From Ignavibacteriales bacterium (lineage in GTDB: Bacteria; Desulfobacterota_D; UBA1144; Nemesobacterales; CSP1-2), in contig JBLNAE010000095.1 in NCBI GenBank assembly GCA_050259195.1, forward strand, positions 1-33,528: a DNA stretch of 33,528 bases. Reading direction: 5' to 3'. The notes beneath the pieces were generated by a model, which worked only from the letters and a program-made list of their open reading frames with translations, was not told the DNA's origin and did not search any database. A program made the translations under genes and the position numbers. The first letter of the stretch is position 1; each line of letters opens with the position of its first letter. Shown here piece by piece: positions 18,564 to 26,701 of the stretch.

Positions 18564-19538
18564 ATGAAAGAAAAGAAAGTAATTGGTGTTGATATAGGCG
18601 GCACAAATCTAAGGGGCGCTTTGGTCAACGGGAGCGGAAATATAACCAAACGGCTCAGTGTTCCGTCCGGAGCGGATAAGGGAATAGGCTTAGTCATTGA
18701 GAACTTAGGAAATCTCATAGAGGAGATTAGAAAAGGGGAAAGTATAGACGGCGTGGGGATTGGAATTCCAGGAATAATAGATTCGGCAAAGGGAATAATA
18801 ACTCAGGCTCCCAATATATTGCATGTCCATAACTATCCCCTTAGGAACGTTCTTATGGAGAATATTGGGAAGGACATGTCGGTGCTTGTAGAAAACGATG
18901 CCAACTGCGCCGCGCTTGGAGAGTTGTGGAAGGGCGCGGGAAACGACGTAAATTCGCTCGTGCTTCTTGCAATAGGAACAGGACTCGGCGGTGGAATAAT
19001 CCTTGATGGAAAACTCTGGCGCGGAGCGGACGGAATGGCGGGGGAAGTGGGGCATATGACGATTTCTCCTGACGGAGCACAATGCAACTGCGGAAACACG
19101 GGATGCCTTGAGACATTAGCCTCCGCCGTAGGGATAGGAAGAATGGTAAAAGAGGGTTTAGAAAACAAGAGCGTAAAAACCGTACTCAGAGAAAAGGTTG
19201 AAAGTTCTCCTAAAGAAAGGATTCCCGAAATTGTGAGAGAGGCGGCACTCGAAGGCGATAAATTCGCCCTATGGATCTGGGAAGAATTTGGAAAAGCCTT
19301 GGGCGTAGCGATAGCGAGTCTCGTAAATCTCTTAAACGTAGAGATGATTGTTATCTCAGGCGGGCTTTCAGACGCCTGGGAATTATTTATAGATAAAGTA
19401 GTAGGTGAAGCGAAAAAAAGAGGCCTGCGCGCTCCAATGGAGAGGGTTCGGGTTAAAAAATCAACCCTCGGCGGCGATGCGGGACTGTTAGGCGCGGCAT
19501 ATCTGGTAATAAGAGAAGAGAGACAGGATTTTATTTAG
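18564..19538 (+). CDS. glk: ROK-family sugar kinase (glucokinase)
   Basis: GVDIGGT, ENDANCAALGE, GTGLGGG, GEVGH, CNCGNTGCLE; no N-terminal HTH. Confidence 0.88.
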   Translation: MKEKKVIGVDIGGTNLRGALVNGSGNITKRLSVPSGADKGIGLVIENLGNLIEEIRKGESIDGVGIGIPGIIDSAKGIITQAPNILHVHNYPLRNVLMENIGKDMSVLVENDANCAALGELWKGAGNDVNSLVLLAIGTGLGGGIILDGKLWRGADGMAGEVGHMTISPDGAQCNCGNTGCLETLASAVGIGRMVKEGLENKSVKTVLREKVESSPKERIPEIVREAALEGDKFALWIWEEFGKALGVAIASLVNLLNVEMIVISGGLSDAWELFIDKVVGEAKKRGLRAPMERVRVKKSTLGGDAGLLGAAYLVIREERQDFI

Positions 19539-19540
19539 CT

Positions 19541-19975
19541 TTAAACAGCACCCCACGATGTTATTCGATCAGAAGCGATTTTAATTACAGGCAGATTTAA
19601 TCTAGAAAGATTCATATTCCTGTACTGAGGATATTTCTCGCACAGGAGTCTCAGCGAGTCGAGGTATTCTTCTCCTTCTTCTATTAGTTCGGCTCTGCCG
19701 TGAATAATCACATAGCAGAGCCTAGTCCAGTCCTCACGATACCTGTCAATTACAATTGATACATTTGGATTTTCCAATATGTTTCTTACTCTCTTTAGCC
19801 CTCCCACGGATACGCGCTTGGGCTTTTTATCAATAGGCGTATAGAAGCACCTGCCATCATAAGCGTAGCATATCGGAACGACAAGCGGCCTTCCTGATTT
19901 ATCCGCTGTCGCCATTCTCGCAATCCTTTGGGATAAGATGAATGCCCTTTCTTTATCAGTCGCTATAGTTACCAA
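19541..19975 (-). CDS. PPOX-class putative F420/FMN-dependent oxidoreductase (Rv0121-like)
   Basis: RIARMAT...G.P.VVPICYA, YTPIDKKPK, LKRVRNI.ENP.VS..IDRY.EDW..L, KYPQY. Confidence 0.85.
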   Translation of the reverse strand: MVTIATDKERAFILSQRIARMATADKSGRPLVVPICYAYDGRCFYTPIDKKPKRVSVGGLKRVRNILENPNVSIVIDRYREDWTRLCYVIIHGRAELIEEGEEYLDSLRLLCEKYPQYRNMNLSRLNLPVIKIASDRITSWGAV

Positions 19976-20087
19976 AACCGATTGCCTCGTATTATCTATA
20001 AATCTACAAAACTTGAATTATCTTCTATATATTTTATAATAGGTTTTTTGCAATAGAAAACTAAATAGCGTTTTTTACTTTCAACCG

Positions 20088-21032
20088 ATGGGAGTCCCAA
20101 AAATATTTAGTGGAACATCAAACGTCTCTCTCTCAGAGGCGGTATGCAGGTACCTGGACGTTTCTCCCGGCAAAGCCGAGATTAGAAGGTTCAGCGACGG
20201 CGAGGTGTTTGTGGAGATTGCGGAAAGCGTTCGCGGATCGCACACCTTTGTCATTCAGTCAACCTGTCCTCCCGTAAATGAACACCTAATGGAGCTTCTT
20301 ATAATTACAGATGCCCTGAAAAGAGCCTCTGCTGGGGCGATTACCGCTGTCGTTCCCTACTACGGTTATGCAAGGCAGGATAGAAAGGTTCAGCCAAGAG
20401 CACCGATTACGGCAAAACTCGTTGCCGATATTATTGCCAAAGCGGGAGTAAATAGGGTCATTACCGTAGACCTCCATGCAGGGCAGATTCAGGGTTTTTT
20501 TGATGTTCCAGTTGACCATCTTTACGCCGCCCCGGTCCTTATCAGTTATTTAAAGAAGAGATACAATAACGGCGAAATAGTCTTTGTATCCCCCGATGCA
20601 GGCGGAATGGAGAGGGCAAGAGAATACGCAAAGAGACTCCATGTCGGGCTGGCAATGACGGATAAAAGACGCACGGCTCCGAACGTAGCCGAGATAATGA
20701 ATGTTATCGGAGACGTTTCAGGAAAGACGGCAATTATAGTTGACGATTTGGTAGATACCGCCGGAACCGCCGTTCAAGCCGCCAAGGCTCTATCAAGAGA
20801 GGGAGCAAATCGCGTAGCCCTCTGCTGTACACATGGAGTGCTTTCAGGAGACGCGATTAAGAGAATTGAAGATTCGGTGCTAGAAGAGGTCATAATAACC
20901 GATACGATTCCGCCTAAGGAAGAAACAAAGAGATGCAAAAAGATTAGGGTTCTCAGCATCGCGGAACTCCTCGGCGAGGCGATAAGAAGAATAGCCGCCG
21001 GAGAGTCAATAAGCACTTTATTTGAATTTTAA
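20088..21032 (+). CDS. prs: Ribose-phosphate pyrophosphokinase
   Basis: FSDGE, PYYGYARQDRK, DLHAGQIQGFF, VSPDAGG, VDDLVDTAGT. Confidence 0.98.
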   Translation: MGVPKIFSGTSNVSLSEAVCRYLDVSPGKAEIRRFSDGEVFVEIAESVRGSHTFVIQSTCPPVNEHLMELLIITDALKRASAGAITAVVPYYGYARQDRKVQPRAPITAKLVADIIAKAGVNRVITVDLHAGQIQGFFDVPVDHLYAAPVLISYLKKRYNNGEIVFVSPDAGGMERAREYAKRLHVGLAMTDKRRTAPNVAEIMNVIGDVSGKTAIIVDDLVDTAGTAVQAAKALSREGANRVALCCTHGVLSGDAIKRIEDSVLEEVIITDTIPPKEETKRCKKIRVLSIAELLGEAIRRIAAGESISTLFEF

Positions 21033-21043
21033 AAGGGGTTAAA

Positions 21044-21709
21044 ATGGCACAAAGCACTTTATTCGTAACAAAAAGAAATGAAGTGGGAAAGGGCGCGGCA
21101 AGGAAAATCAGAAGGGAAGGGTTCATCCCCGCCGTGCTTTATGGAAGAGAAATGGAACCAATTTCATTAACGGTAAATCCCATTGATCTTAAAAAAGCCC
21201 TATCTACAGAAGCCGGAGAAAACACCCTTCTTGAGCTTCACGTAAAGGGCGACGGAGAAGAGATTACAAAAATAGCTCTTCTTCGAGATGTTCAATACGA
21301 TAACCTCACGAGCCGACCTATACACTTTGATTTTCAGGAAATTCTTATGAAGGAACTCATAACGGTGAAGGTTCCGGTTGAGGTTGTGGGGAAGGCCCCG
21401 GGGATTCAGGAAGGCGGAATTCTTGAGGAAATCCTTCGAGAAATTGAGGTTGAATGTCTTCCCGCCTCCATTCCGAACGTTATCGAGATTGACGTGTCCC
21501 AGCTTGGGATTGGAGATTCAATACACATTGGCGACCTGACACTTCCTGAAGGTGTTACGGTTCTTCACGACCCGGACGAGACTATAATAACGATTCTTTC
21601 GCCTGTGATGGAAGAGGTTAAACCCGCCGCTGCCGAGGCCGCCGCTCCGGCTGAGGGCGCAGAGGGAGAAGCCGAGCCCGAAGCCGAGGAGGAGGGCGGT
21701 GAGGAATAA
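21044..21709 (+). CDS. rplY: 50S ribosomal protein L25 / Ctc
   Basis: GKGAARKIRREG.IPAVLYG, HFDFQ, beta domain and acidic Ala/Glu tail; canonical prs-rplY-pth order. Confidence 0.96.
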   Translation: MAQSTLFVTKRNEVGKGAARKIRREGFIPAVLYGREMEPISLTVNPIDLKKALSTEAGENTLLELHVKGDGEEITKIALLRDVQYDNLTSRPIHFDFQEILMKELITVKVPVEVVGKAPGIQEGGILEEILREIEVECLPASIPNVIEIDVSQLGIGDSIHIGDLTLPEGVTVLHDPDETIITILSPVMEEVKPAAAEAAAPAEGAEGEAEPEAEEEGGEE

Positions 21710-21717
21710 TCTGAATA

Positions 21718-22308
21718 ATGATTTTAGTCGCCGGACTTGGAAATCCCGGAAAAGAATACTCTTCGTCAAGGCACAATGTTGGGTTCATAGTGGTAGACGA
21801 GATTGCAAAGAGGCTCGGAATTAGTCTCAAGAAAAAAGGCTTTAGAAGCCTCTTCGCCGAAGCGCTCTTAGAAGAAAAAAAAATCATACTCCTCAAACCC
21901 CAGACATATATGAACCTGAGCGGTGATGCTGTCTCGGACGCCGTAGAATTTTTTAAAATCTCCCTGAAAGACATAATCGTAGTGCATGACGAAATTGACC
22001 TGCCTCTTGGAAGTATGAAAATAAAAACAGGAGGCGGAAGCGCAGGGCATAAGGGAGTCCGGTCTATAGTAAATTGCCTGGGAGACAGCGGTTTCGTGAG
22101 AGTGAGAGTAGGAGTGGGAAAACCGTTGCAGAAGTCCGAGGTTATCGGCCATGTGCTTTCAGGGTTTGGGAAAGAGGAAAAAAGAATAATGGAAGATATG
22201 GTAGTTAGAGCCGCAGATGCGGTTTTGGAAATCATACTCCGAGGGCTAGAGAGCGCAATGAACAAGTTCAACAGGAAAGATGCAGAATACAAGACACAAG
22301 ATGCATGA
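21718..22308 (+). CDS. pth: Peptidyl-tRNA hydrolase
   Basis: GLGNPG..Y..SRHNVGF, KPQTYMNLSG, HDEID, GGSAGHKG. Confidence 0.97.
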   Translation: MILVAGLGNPGKEYSSSRHNVGFIVVDEIAKRLGISLKKKGFRSLFAEALLEEKKIILLKPQTYMNLSGDAVSDAVEFFKISLKDIIVVHDEIDLPLGSMKIKTGGGSAGHKGVRSIVNCLGDSGFVRVRVGVGKPLQKSEVIGHVLSGFGKEEKRIMEDMVVRAADAVLEIILRGLESAMNKFNRKDAEYKTQDA

Positions 22309-22346
22309 TGTATTTATCCTGTATCGTGCATCTTGTGTCTTGTATC
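22279..22346. repeat. Long inverted repeat built from degenerate heptamers
   Basis: ATACAAGACACAAGATGCA (22287-22305) is the exact reverse complement of TGCATCTTGTGTCTTGTAT (22327-22345); 7-nt periodicity GATGCAG/AATACAA/GACACAA/GATGCAT. Confidence 0.85.
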
Positions 22347-22358
22347 TTTTTTAAAATC

Positions 22359-23447
22359 ATGGGTCTTAGCTGTGGGATCGTAGGACTTCCCAATGCCGGG
22401 AAATCAACCATATTCAATGCCTTAACATCTGCCAAGGCGCTCGTGGCGGATTATCCATTTACCACAATTGACCCGAATATCGGAATTGTTAATGTCCCCG
22501 ATGAGAGATTGTTAAAGCTTGCAGAGATTATAAAACCTGAGAAGGTTGTGCCGGCCACACTTAAATTCATTGACATTGCAGGACTCGTAAGAGGAGCGAG
22601 CCAAGGCGAAGGGCTTGGAAATAGATTCCTTGCACACATTCGAGAGGTTGATGCCCTGATTCACGTTGTGAGATTTTTTGATCTGTACTCGGCGGACGTC
22701 TCGGAGAGCATTGACCCTAAGCGGGACGTAGAGATAATAAACTTTGAACTTCTTCTTGCCGATCTTGAGACAGTAGAAAAGAGGATAGGGAAAATAGAGA
22801 AAGTGGCTAAATCGGGGAACAAGGAAGCGCAGACAGAACTCAGTTTTTTAGAAAGGTTAAAAAACCATATTTCTGGTGGGAGGACAGTGAGGCTTTTTTC
22901 ATCTCAAGGAGAAGCGGAGAAGAAGATTCTCGGCGAGTTGAACCTGCTTACAGATAAGCCGGTTCTTTACGTAGGGAACCTCGAAGAGAGGGACGGAAAA
23001 GAAAGGCACATCGAGACTCTAAAGAAAATGGCAGAAGAGGAAAAAGCACAGGTTATCACAATATTTGGCAAGCTTGAATCAGAGTTATCGGAATTTTCAG
23101 AAGAGGAGAGCAAGGCTTTTCTAAATGAGATGAATCTAAGCGAGTCGGGTCTCAGAAGGCTTATAAAAGCGGCGTATGAGTTGCTCGATCTCATAACCTT
23201 CTACACGACAAACGGCATTGAGGTTCGCGCATGGACCATAAAGCGGGGAACTAAGGCTCCGAAGGCAGCAGGAAAAATCCACACCGATTTTGAGAAGGGA
23301 TTTATCAAGGCTGAAGTAGTGTCTTATGAAGACTATGTAAAGTCCGGCTCGGATGCGGCGGCAAGGGAATCGGGAGTTTTAAGAATAGAAGGCAAGGATT
23401 ATGAAATTCAGGATGGGGATATGGTATACTTCAGGTTTAAAATTTAA
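22359..23447 (+). CDS. ychF: Redox-regulated ribosome-binding ATPase YchF
   Basis: GIVGLPNAGKST, YPFTTIDPN, DIAGLV.GAS.GEGLGN.FL, AAGKIHTDFEKGFI. Start moved to ATG 22359 (MGLSCG); the extra 18 codons in the track are the translated hairpin. Confidence 0.97.
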   Translation: MGLSCGIVGLPNAGKSTIFNALTSAKALVADYPFTTIDPNIGIVNVPDERLLKLAEIIKPEKVVPATLKFIDIAGLVRGASQGEGLGNRFLAHIREVDALIHVVRFFDLYSADVSESIDPKRDVEIINFELLLADLETVEKRIGKIEKVAKSGNKEAQTELSFLERLKNHISGGRTVRLFSSQGEAEKKILGELNLLTDKPVLYVGNLEERDGKERHIETLKKMAEEEKAQVITIFGKLESELSEFSEEESKAFLNEMNLSESGLRRLIKAAYELLDLITFYTTNGIEVRAWTIKRGTKAPKAAGKIHTDFEKGFIKAEVVSYEDYVKSGSDAAARESGVLRIEGKDYEIQDGDMVYFRFKI

Positions 23448-23448
23448 A

Positions 23449-23512
23449 CCCGTTACTCCGGGATTAGTTCGTAGCGTCTAAGCCCGGGGTCGGAGAGTCC
23501 AAAATGGGAGGT
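23449..23512 (+). promoter_or_regulatory. Structured rpsF leader, candidate S6:S18 autogenous regulatory RNA
   Basis: Inner stem ACTCCGGGATTAG/CTAAGCCCGGGGT (12 of 13 positions paired including one G-U). Outer CCCGTT can pair with AATGGG, which overlaps the GGGAGGT SD. Confidence 0.5.
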
Positions 23513-23519
23513 ATATTTA

Positions 23520-23879
23520 ATGACCGATGTAGGTTATTATGAGACGCTTTACCTCACGCGGCCCGACCTCACCGAAGATGAACTGAACAAAGTGCAGGGA
23601 AGGCTCAAAGAGGCAATATCAAACCATGAAGGTGAGATTTTTAAGTCCCAGAAGTGGGCTGATAGAAATCTCGCATACAGGATTGAGAAGTACAATAAGG
23701 GGGCTTACTACATACTGGTCTATAAATCCCTCAGAAGCGCCGTATCCGACGTAGAGAAGAATCTGAGATTCTTCGGCGGCGATGTGCTGAGATTCATGAC
23801 AGTAAGAATAAAAGAAGAGGCAGCCCTAAGGGAGAGAGCGGCATCTGAGTCGGGCGCTCATGAGGGAGGCGTACAATAA
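23520..23879 (+). CDS. rpsF: 30S ribosomal protein S6
   Basis: [21 protein letters not shown]...[10 protein letters not shown]; GGGAGG RBS. Confidence 0.95.
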   Translation: MTDVGYYETLYLTRPDLTEDELNKVQGRLKEAISNHEGEIFKSQKWADRNLAYRIEKYNKGAYYILVYKSLRSAVSDVEKNLRFFGGDVLRFMTVRIKEEAALRERAASESGAHEGGVQ

Positions 23880-24121
23880 TGGAAAGGGAAAACACAAAGG
23901 AAAAAAAGTTCTTTGTAAGGAAGAAGGTCTGCAGATTCTGTGCCGAAGCGACCGAGATTGATTACAAAAGGGTTGACCTTCTCTCTCAGTTTATAAATGA
24001 GAGAAAGAAAATAGTGCCCAGAAGAAGCTCCGGTCTTTGTGCATACCACCAGAGAGAGCTTAGTTCGGCGATAAAGCGGGCGCGCGTTATGGCTCTTCTT
24101 CCATTTACAGTGCTTCACTAA
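23879..24121 (+). CDS. rpsR: 30S ribosomal protein S18 (Zn-binding type)
   Basis: [36 protein letters not shown]; TAATG coupling to rpsF. Confidence 0.97.
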   Translation: MERENTKEKKFFVRKKVCRFCAEATEIDYKRVDLLSQFINERKKIVPRRSSGLCAYHQRELSSAIKRARVMALLPFTVLH

Positions 24122-24125
24122 ATTA

Positions 24126-24153
24126 GTAGAGACACAAAATTTTGCTTCTCTAC
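24126..24153. repeat. REP-like palindrome (GTAGAGAC variant)
   Basis: GTAGAGACACAAAATTTTGCTTCTCTAC, 28 nt with two mismatched pairs. Confidence 0.7.
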
Positions 24154-24210
24154 ATCATTCTTGGTGTCTTTGTGGCATATTCTTTTTGCCCTTTACAGGA
24201 GGTATTAGAA

Positions 24211-24660
24211 ATGAAGGTAATTCTTATAGCTGATGTGGAATCCATTGGAAGAAAGGGAGAAACAAAAGAGGTAAAAGAGGGCTTTGCAAGGAATTACCTA
24301 TTTCCAAGAAGGTTTGCGGTTGAGGCAACATCCGCGAATCTAAAAGAATGGGAACAAAAAAGACAGACCCTGAAGAAAAAAGAGGATAATGCAAGAGCCG
24401 AAGCCGAAGGCTTGGCGGCCAGTCTTCAGGGAATTTCCTGTGTCATTCCCGTCAAGGTCGGCGAAGAGGACAAGCTCTTCGGTTCGGTAACATCTCAAAA
24501 CATATCCGACGCCCTCTCCAGATCGGGGTTTGATATTTCTAAAAAGGACATCGAACTTCATACGCCGATTAAAACCCTGGGAGTGCACGAGGTTCCGATA
24601 AGACTCCACCACAACGTAATAGTAAATATTAAGGTCGAAGTGGTAAGAGAAGAAGGATAG
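24211..24660 (+). CDS. rplI: 50S ribosomal protein L9
   Basis: MKVILIADV..IG.KGE..EVKEGFARNYL, KLFGSVT, PIKTLG. Start moved to ATG 24211 after AGGAGG. Confidence 0.97.
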   Translation: MKVILIADVESIGRKGETKEVKEGFARNYLFPRRFAVEATSANLKEWEQKRQTLKKKEDNARAEAEGLAASLQGISCVIPVKVGEEDKLFGSVTSQNISDALSRSGFDISKKDIELHTPIKTLGVHEVPIRLHHNVIVNIKVEVVREEG

Positions 24661-24662
24661 CA

Positions 24663-24687
24663 AGGGGCGGGTTCCAAACCCGCCCCT
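24663..24687. repeat. REP-like hairpin, probable bidirectional terminator
   Basis: AGGGGCGGGTT-CCA-AACCCGCCCCT, a perfect 11-bp stem followed by ATTTATTTCTT, between convergent rplI and the DUF4412-like gene. Confidence 0.8.
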
Positions 24688-24696
24688 ATTTATTTC

Positions 24697-25542
24697 TTAC
24701 TCCGATGACATCATCTGCTGAAGAGTAACCTTCTTAAAGCCTGCCGGCGGCTGAAACTCTTTATCCGGTATATCGGTCTTGGTCACGCTCACTACCTCCT
24801 CGATATAGGCGCCGCTATCAGAGAAATGATCCACAGACCTCATGGGGAATCCGGTTTCGTAAATCTGGTTATAAATCTTTGTTTGTTTGCTCAAGCCGGA
24901 GCCTGTCCCCTCTTTCTCCGGATTAAATTTAGCGGACATCTGTTGCATTTCTTTCATATAGTCCGCCATCTTCTTTGGATCGAGTTCGTTATCGGGGATA
25001 ACGTCTTTACTTGTCCAGATTTCCCGGTCAAGTTTGCCGTTTTTATAAACTTCAAATTTCCGAGAGCTATATCCCGCAATGCTTTCAGTTGTCCCCGTGG
25101 CTTTTAATGTCAATTCCTCAGGCTTTGAAACTCCCGGCTGTTTAAATCCGTGAGATTTCATCATCTCTTCCATCTTGGCTCTCTGCTCAGGCGGAAGCTT
25201 TGACATCTGCTCTTCCATCTGGGCTTTTGCCTTAGCCATAGCATCCTGGGCAGACTGGAAAAGCTCCTCTGGCTTTGCGACAACATATGTTTCCTTTTCG
25301 TCATTCGTCAGAGTCATCTCGCCCGTATTTAAATCGAATATTGTCATTTCATGTCCACCTTCTGAGACAGATTTGACTTTATTCTTAGAAATATAGATTG
25401 TCTCTTTATTCTTCTGAGAGCTGCCCTTTTCGTATCCTACCTGCTCCATTACAATCCCCGCAAACACCCCTCTTGCCAAGCCGCCAGTAATAAATACCGA
25501 TACACCTAAATAAATGCACGCTCTAAAGATAAACTTAGCCAT
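24697..25542 (-). CDS. Exported DUF4412-like protein
   Basis: Signal peptide, beta-strand N-terminal part, MEEQMSKLPPEQRAKMEEMM helix, TG.TESIAGY, EIWT, GFPMRS, EFQPPAGFKK. Start moved to ATG 25542 after GAGGAGG. Confidence 0.75.
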   Translation of the reverse strand: MAKFIFRACIYLGVSVFITGGLARGVFAGIVMEQVGYEKGSSQKNKETIYISKNKVKSVSEGGHEMTIFDLNTGEMTLTNDEKETYVVAKPEELFQSAQDAMAKAKAQMEEQMSKLPPEQRAKMEEMMKSHGFKQPGVSKPEELTLKATGTTESIAGYSSRKFEVYKNGKLDREIWTSKDVIPDNELDPKKMADYMKEMQQMSAKFNPEKEGTGSGLSKQTKIYNQIYETGFPMRSVDHFSDSGAYIEEVVSVTKTDIPDKEFQPPAGFKKVTLQQMMSSE

Positions 25543-25652
25543 TCTTAATTTGCCTCCTCGTGTATTTAATTTAGCTGATATTCCTTTTCCCAATTGAATT
25601 ATAAATCTATAAACCGACTGCGGTTTTGTCAACATCTTTCCTCCAAATTAAC

Positions 25653-25680
25653 TTGACGACTCCTGTAGTTGTGATAGGCT
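25653..25680 (+). promoter_or_regulatory. Putative sigma70 promoter of thi4
   Basis: TTGACG-16 nt-TAGGCT with an extended -10 TG. Confidence 0.5.
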
Positions 25681-25725
25681 TAAATTTTGACAATCGAGAT
25701 TTTATTAACGGGAGGTAGTTTTATC

Positions 25726-26535
25726 ATGGTTGAAAAGCAAAGGCTTTTTGCACCCGTGGGCGAGAAAGAGATTACAAGGGCCATCGTGGATGAGTTTTCA
25801 AGAGAATTTTCCGATTACGTGGCAAGCGATGTGATAGTTGTAGGCGGAGGCCCCAGCGGTCTTGTGGCGGCTAAAGACATTGCGAAAAAGAAATATAAAG
25901 TCCTCCTGGTGGAAAGAATGAATTATCTGGGCGGCGGATTCTGGATAGGCGGATACCTTATGAATAAAATTACGGTAAGAGATCCGGGGCAAAAGGTGCT
26001 TGATGAAATAGAGGTTCCATACAAAGAAATTTCAGATGGGCTTTATGTCGCAGACGGCCCCTATGCCTGCTCCAAACTCATCGCATCAATGTGTGAGGCG
26101 GGAGTAAAGGTCGCAAACATGACTATGTTCGATGACCTTGTCTACAGGGAAAACGGTCGCGTGGCGGGGGTGGTTGTAAATTGGTCTCCTATATCAAATA
26201 TGCCTAAGGAAATTACGTGCCTTGATCCGATTGCGCTTGAGTCGAAGCTCGTAATAGATGCGACAGGACACGATGCTTATCTGGTTTCAAGATTGGCAAA
26301 ACAGGGACTCTTTAAAAAGCTTCCCGGACACGGCTCTATGTGGGTGGAAAGGTCCGAGGATGCACTCGTTGAATACACGGGCGAGGTCGCTCCGGGTTTA
26401 ATCGCATGCGGAATGGCGGTAAACAGCACATACGGACTTCCAAGAATGGGACCCACATTCGGCGGAATGCTTCTTTCAGGAAAGAAAGCCGCCGAGGTCG
26501 CGATAAATAGGCTCCAAGACCAGGCTAGAGCTTAA
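25726..26535 (+). CDS. thi4: Thiazole synthase, Thi4 family (Cys-type)
   Basis: DVIVVGGGPSGL, LGGGFWIGG, TCLDP, IDATGHD, GLPRMGPTFGGMLLSG. Start moved to ATG 25726 after GGAGGT. Confidence 0.93.
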   Translation: MVEKQRLFAPVGEKEITRAIVDEFSREFSDYVASDVIVVGGGPSGLVAAKDIAKKKYKVLLVERMNYLGGGFWIGGYLMNKITVRDPGQKVLDEIEVPYKEISDGLYVADGPYACSKLIASMCEAGVKVANMTMFDDLVYRENGRVAGVVVNWSPISNMPKEITCLDPIALESKLVIDATGHDAYLVSRLAKQGLFKKLPGHGSMWVERSEDALVEYTGEVAPGLIACGMAVNSTYGLPRMGPTFGGMLLSGKKAAEVAINRLQDQARA

Positions 26536-26553
26536 ACCTATCAATCATACTGC

Positions 26554-26593
26554 TGTGTAGGGGCAGAGGTTTTCACAAACCTGCCCCTACACA
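26554..26593. repeat. REP-like palindrome downstream of thi4
   Basis: TGTGTAGGGGCAG-AGGTTTTCACAAAC-CTGCCCCTACACA with perfect 13-bp outer arms. Confidence 0.8.
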
Positions 26594-26701
26594 ACAGGCA
26601 AAAAATTAGATGAACCCCTTCTAACATCGTCCATATACAAAAATATTTAGACGACGCCCCCGGTATTTTCTTAATTTATAGTTGAGAGTATAATTAGAGA
26701 T

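Noticed and set aside
19976-20087. tRNA-Gln expected upstream of prs, as in many ispE-tRNA-prs loci
   Set aside because: The 112-bp spacer is AT-rich with no cloverleaf or T-loop motif; prs is simply divergent from the PPOX gene.
21610-21709. GC-rich GCCGAG-type repeats at the end of rplY
   Set aside because: Explained by the ordinary Ala/Glu-rich tail of L25/Ctc.
21618-22292. 224-aa antisense ORF over pth/rplY, and the other antisense or nested ORFs in the track
   Set aside because: Shadows of well-supported genes on the opposite strand or in another frame, with no motifs or RBS.
24142-24210. Hydrophobic N-terminal extensions of RplI (and of YchF at 22305-22358) in the ORF track
   Set aside because: Artefacts of translating intergenic repeats; canonical starts lie downstream at 24211 and 22359.
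25543-25725. TPP riboswitch upstream of thi4
   Set aside because: No CTGAGA or related aptamer core, and the predicted leader is only about 45 nt.
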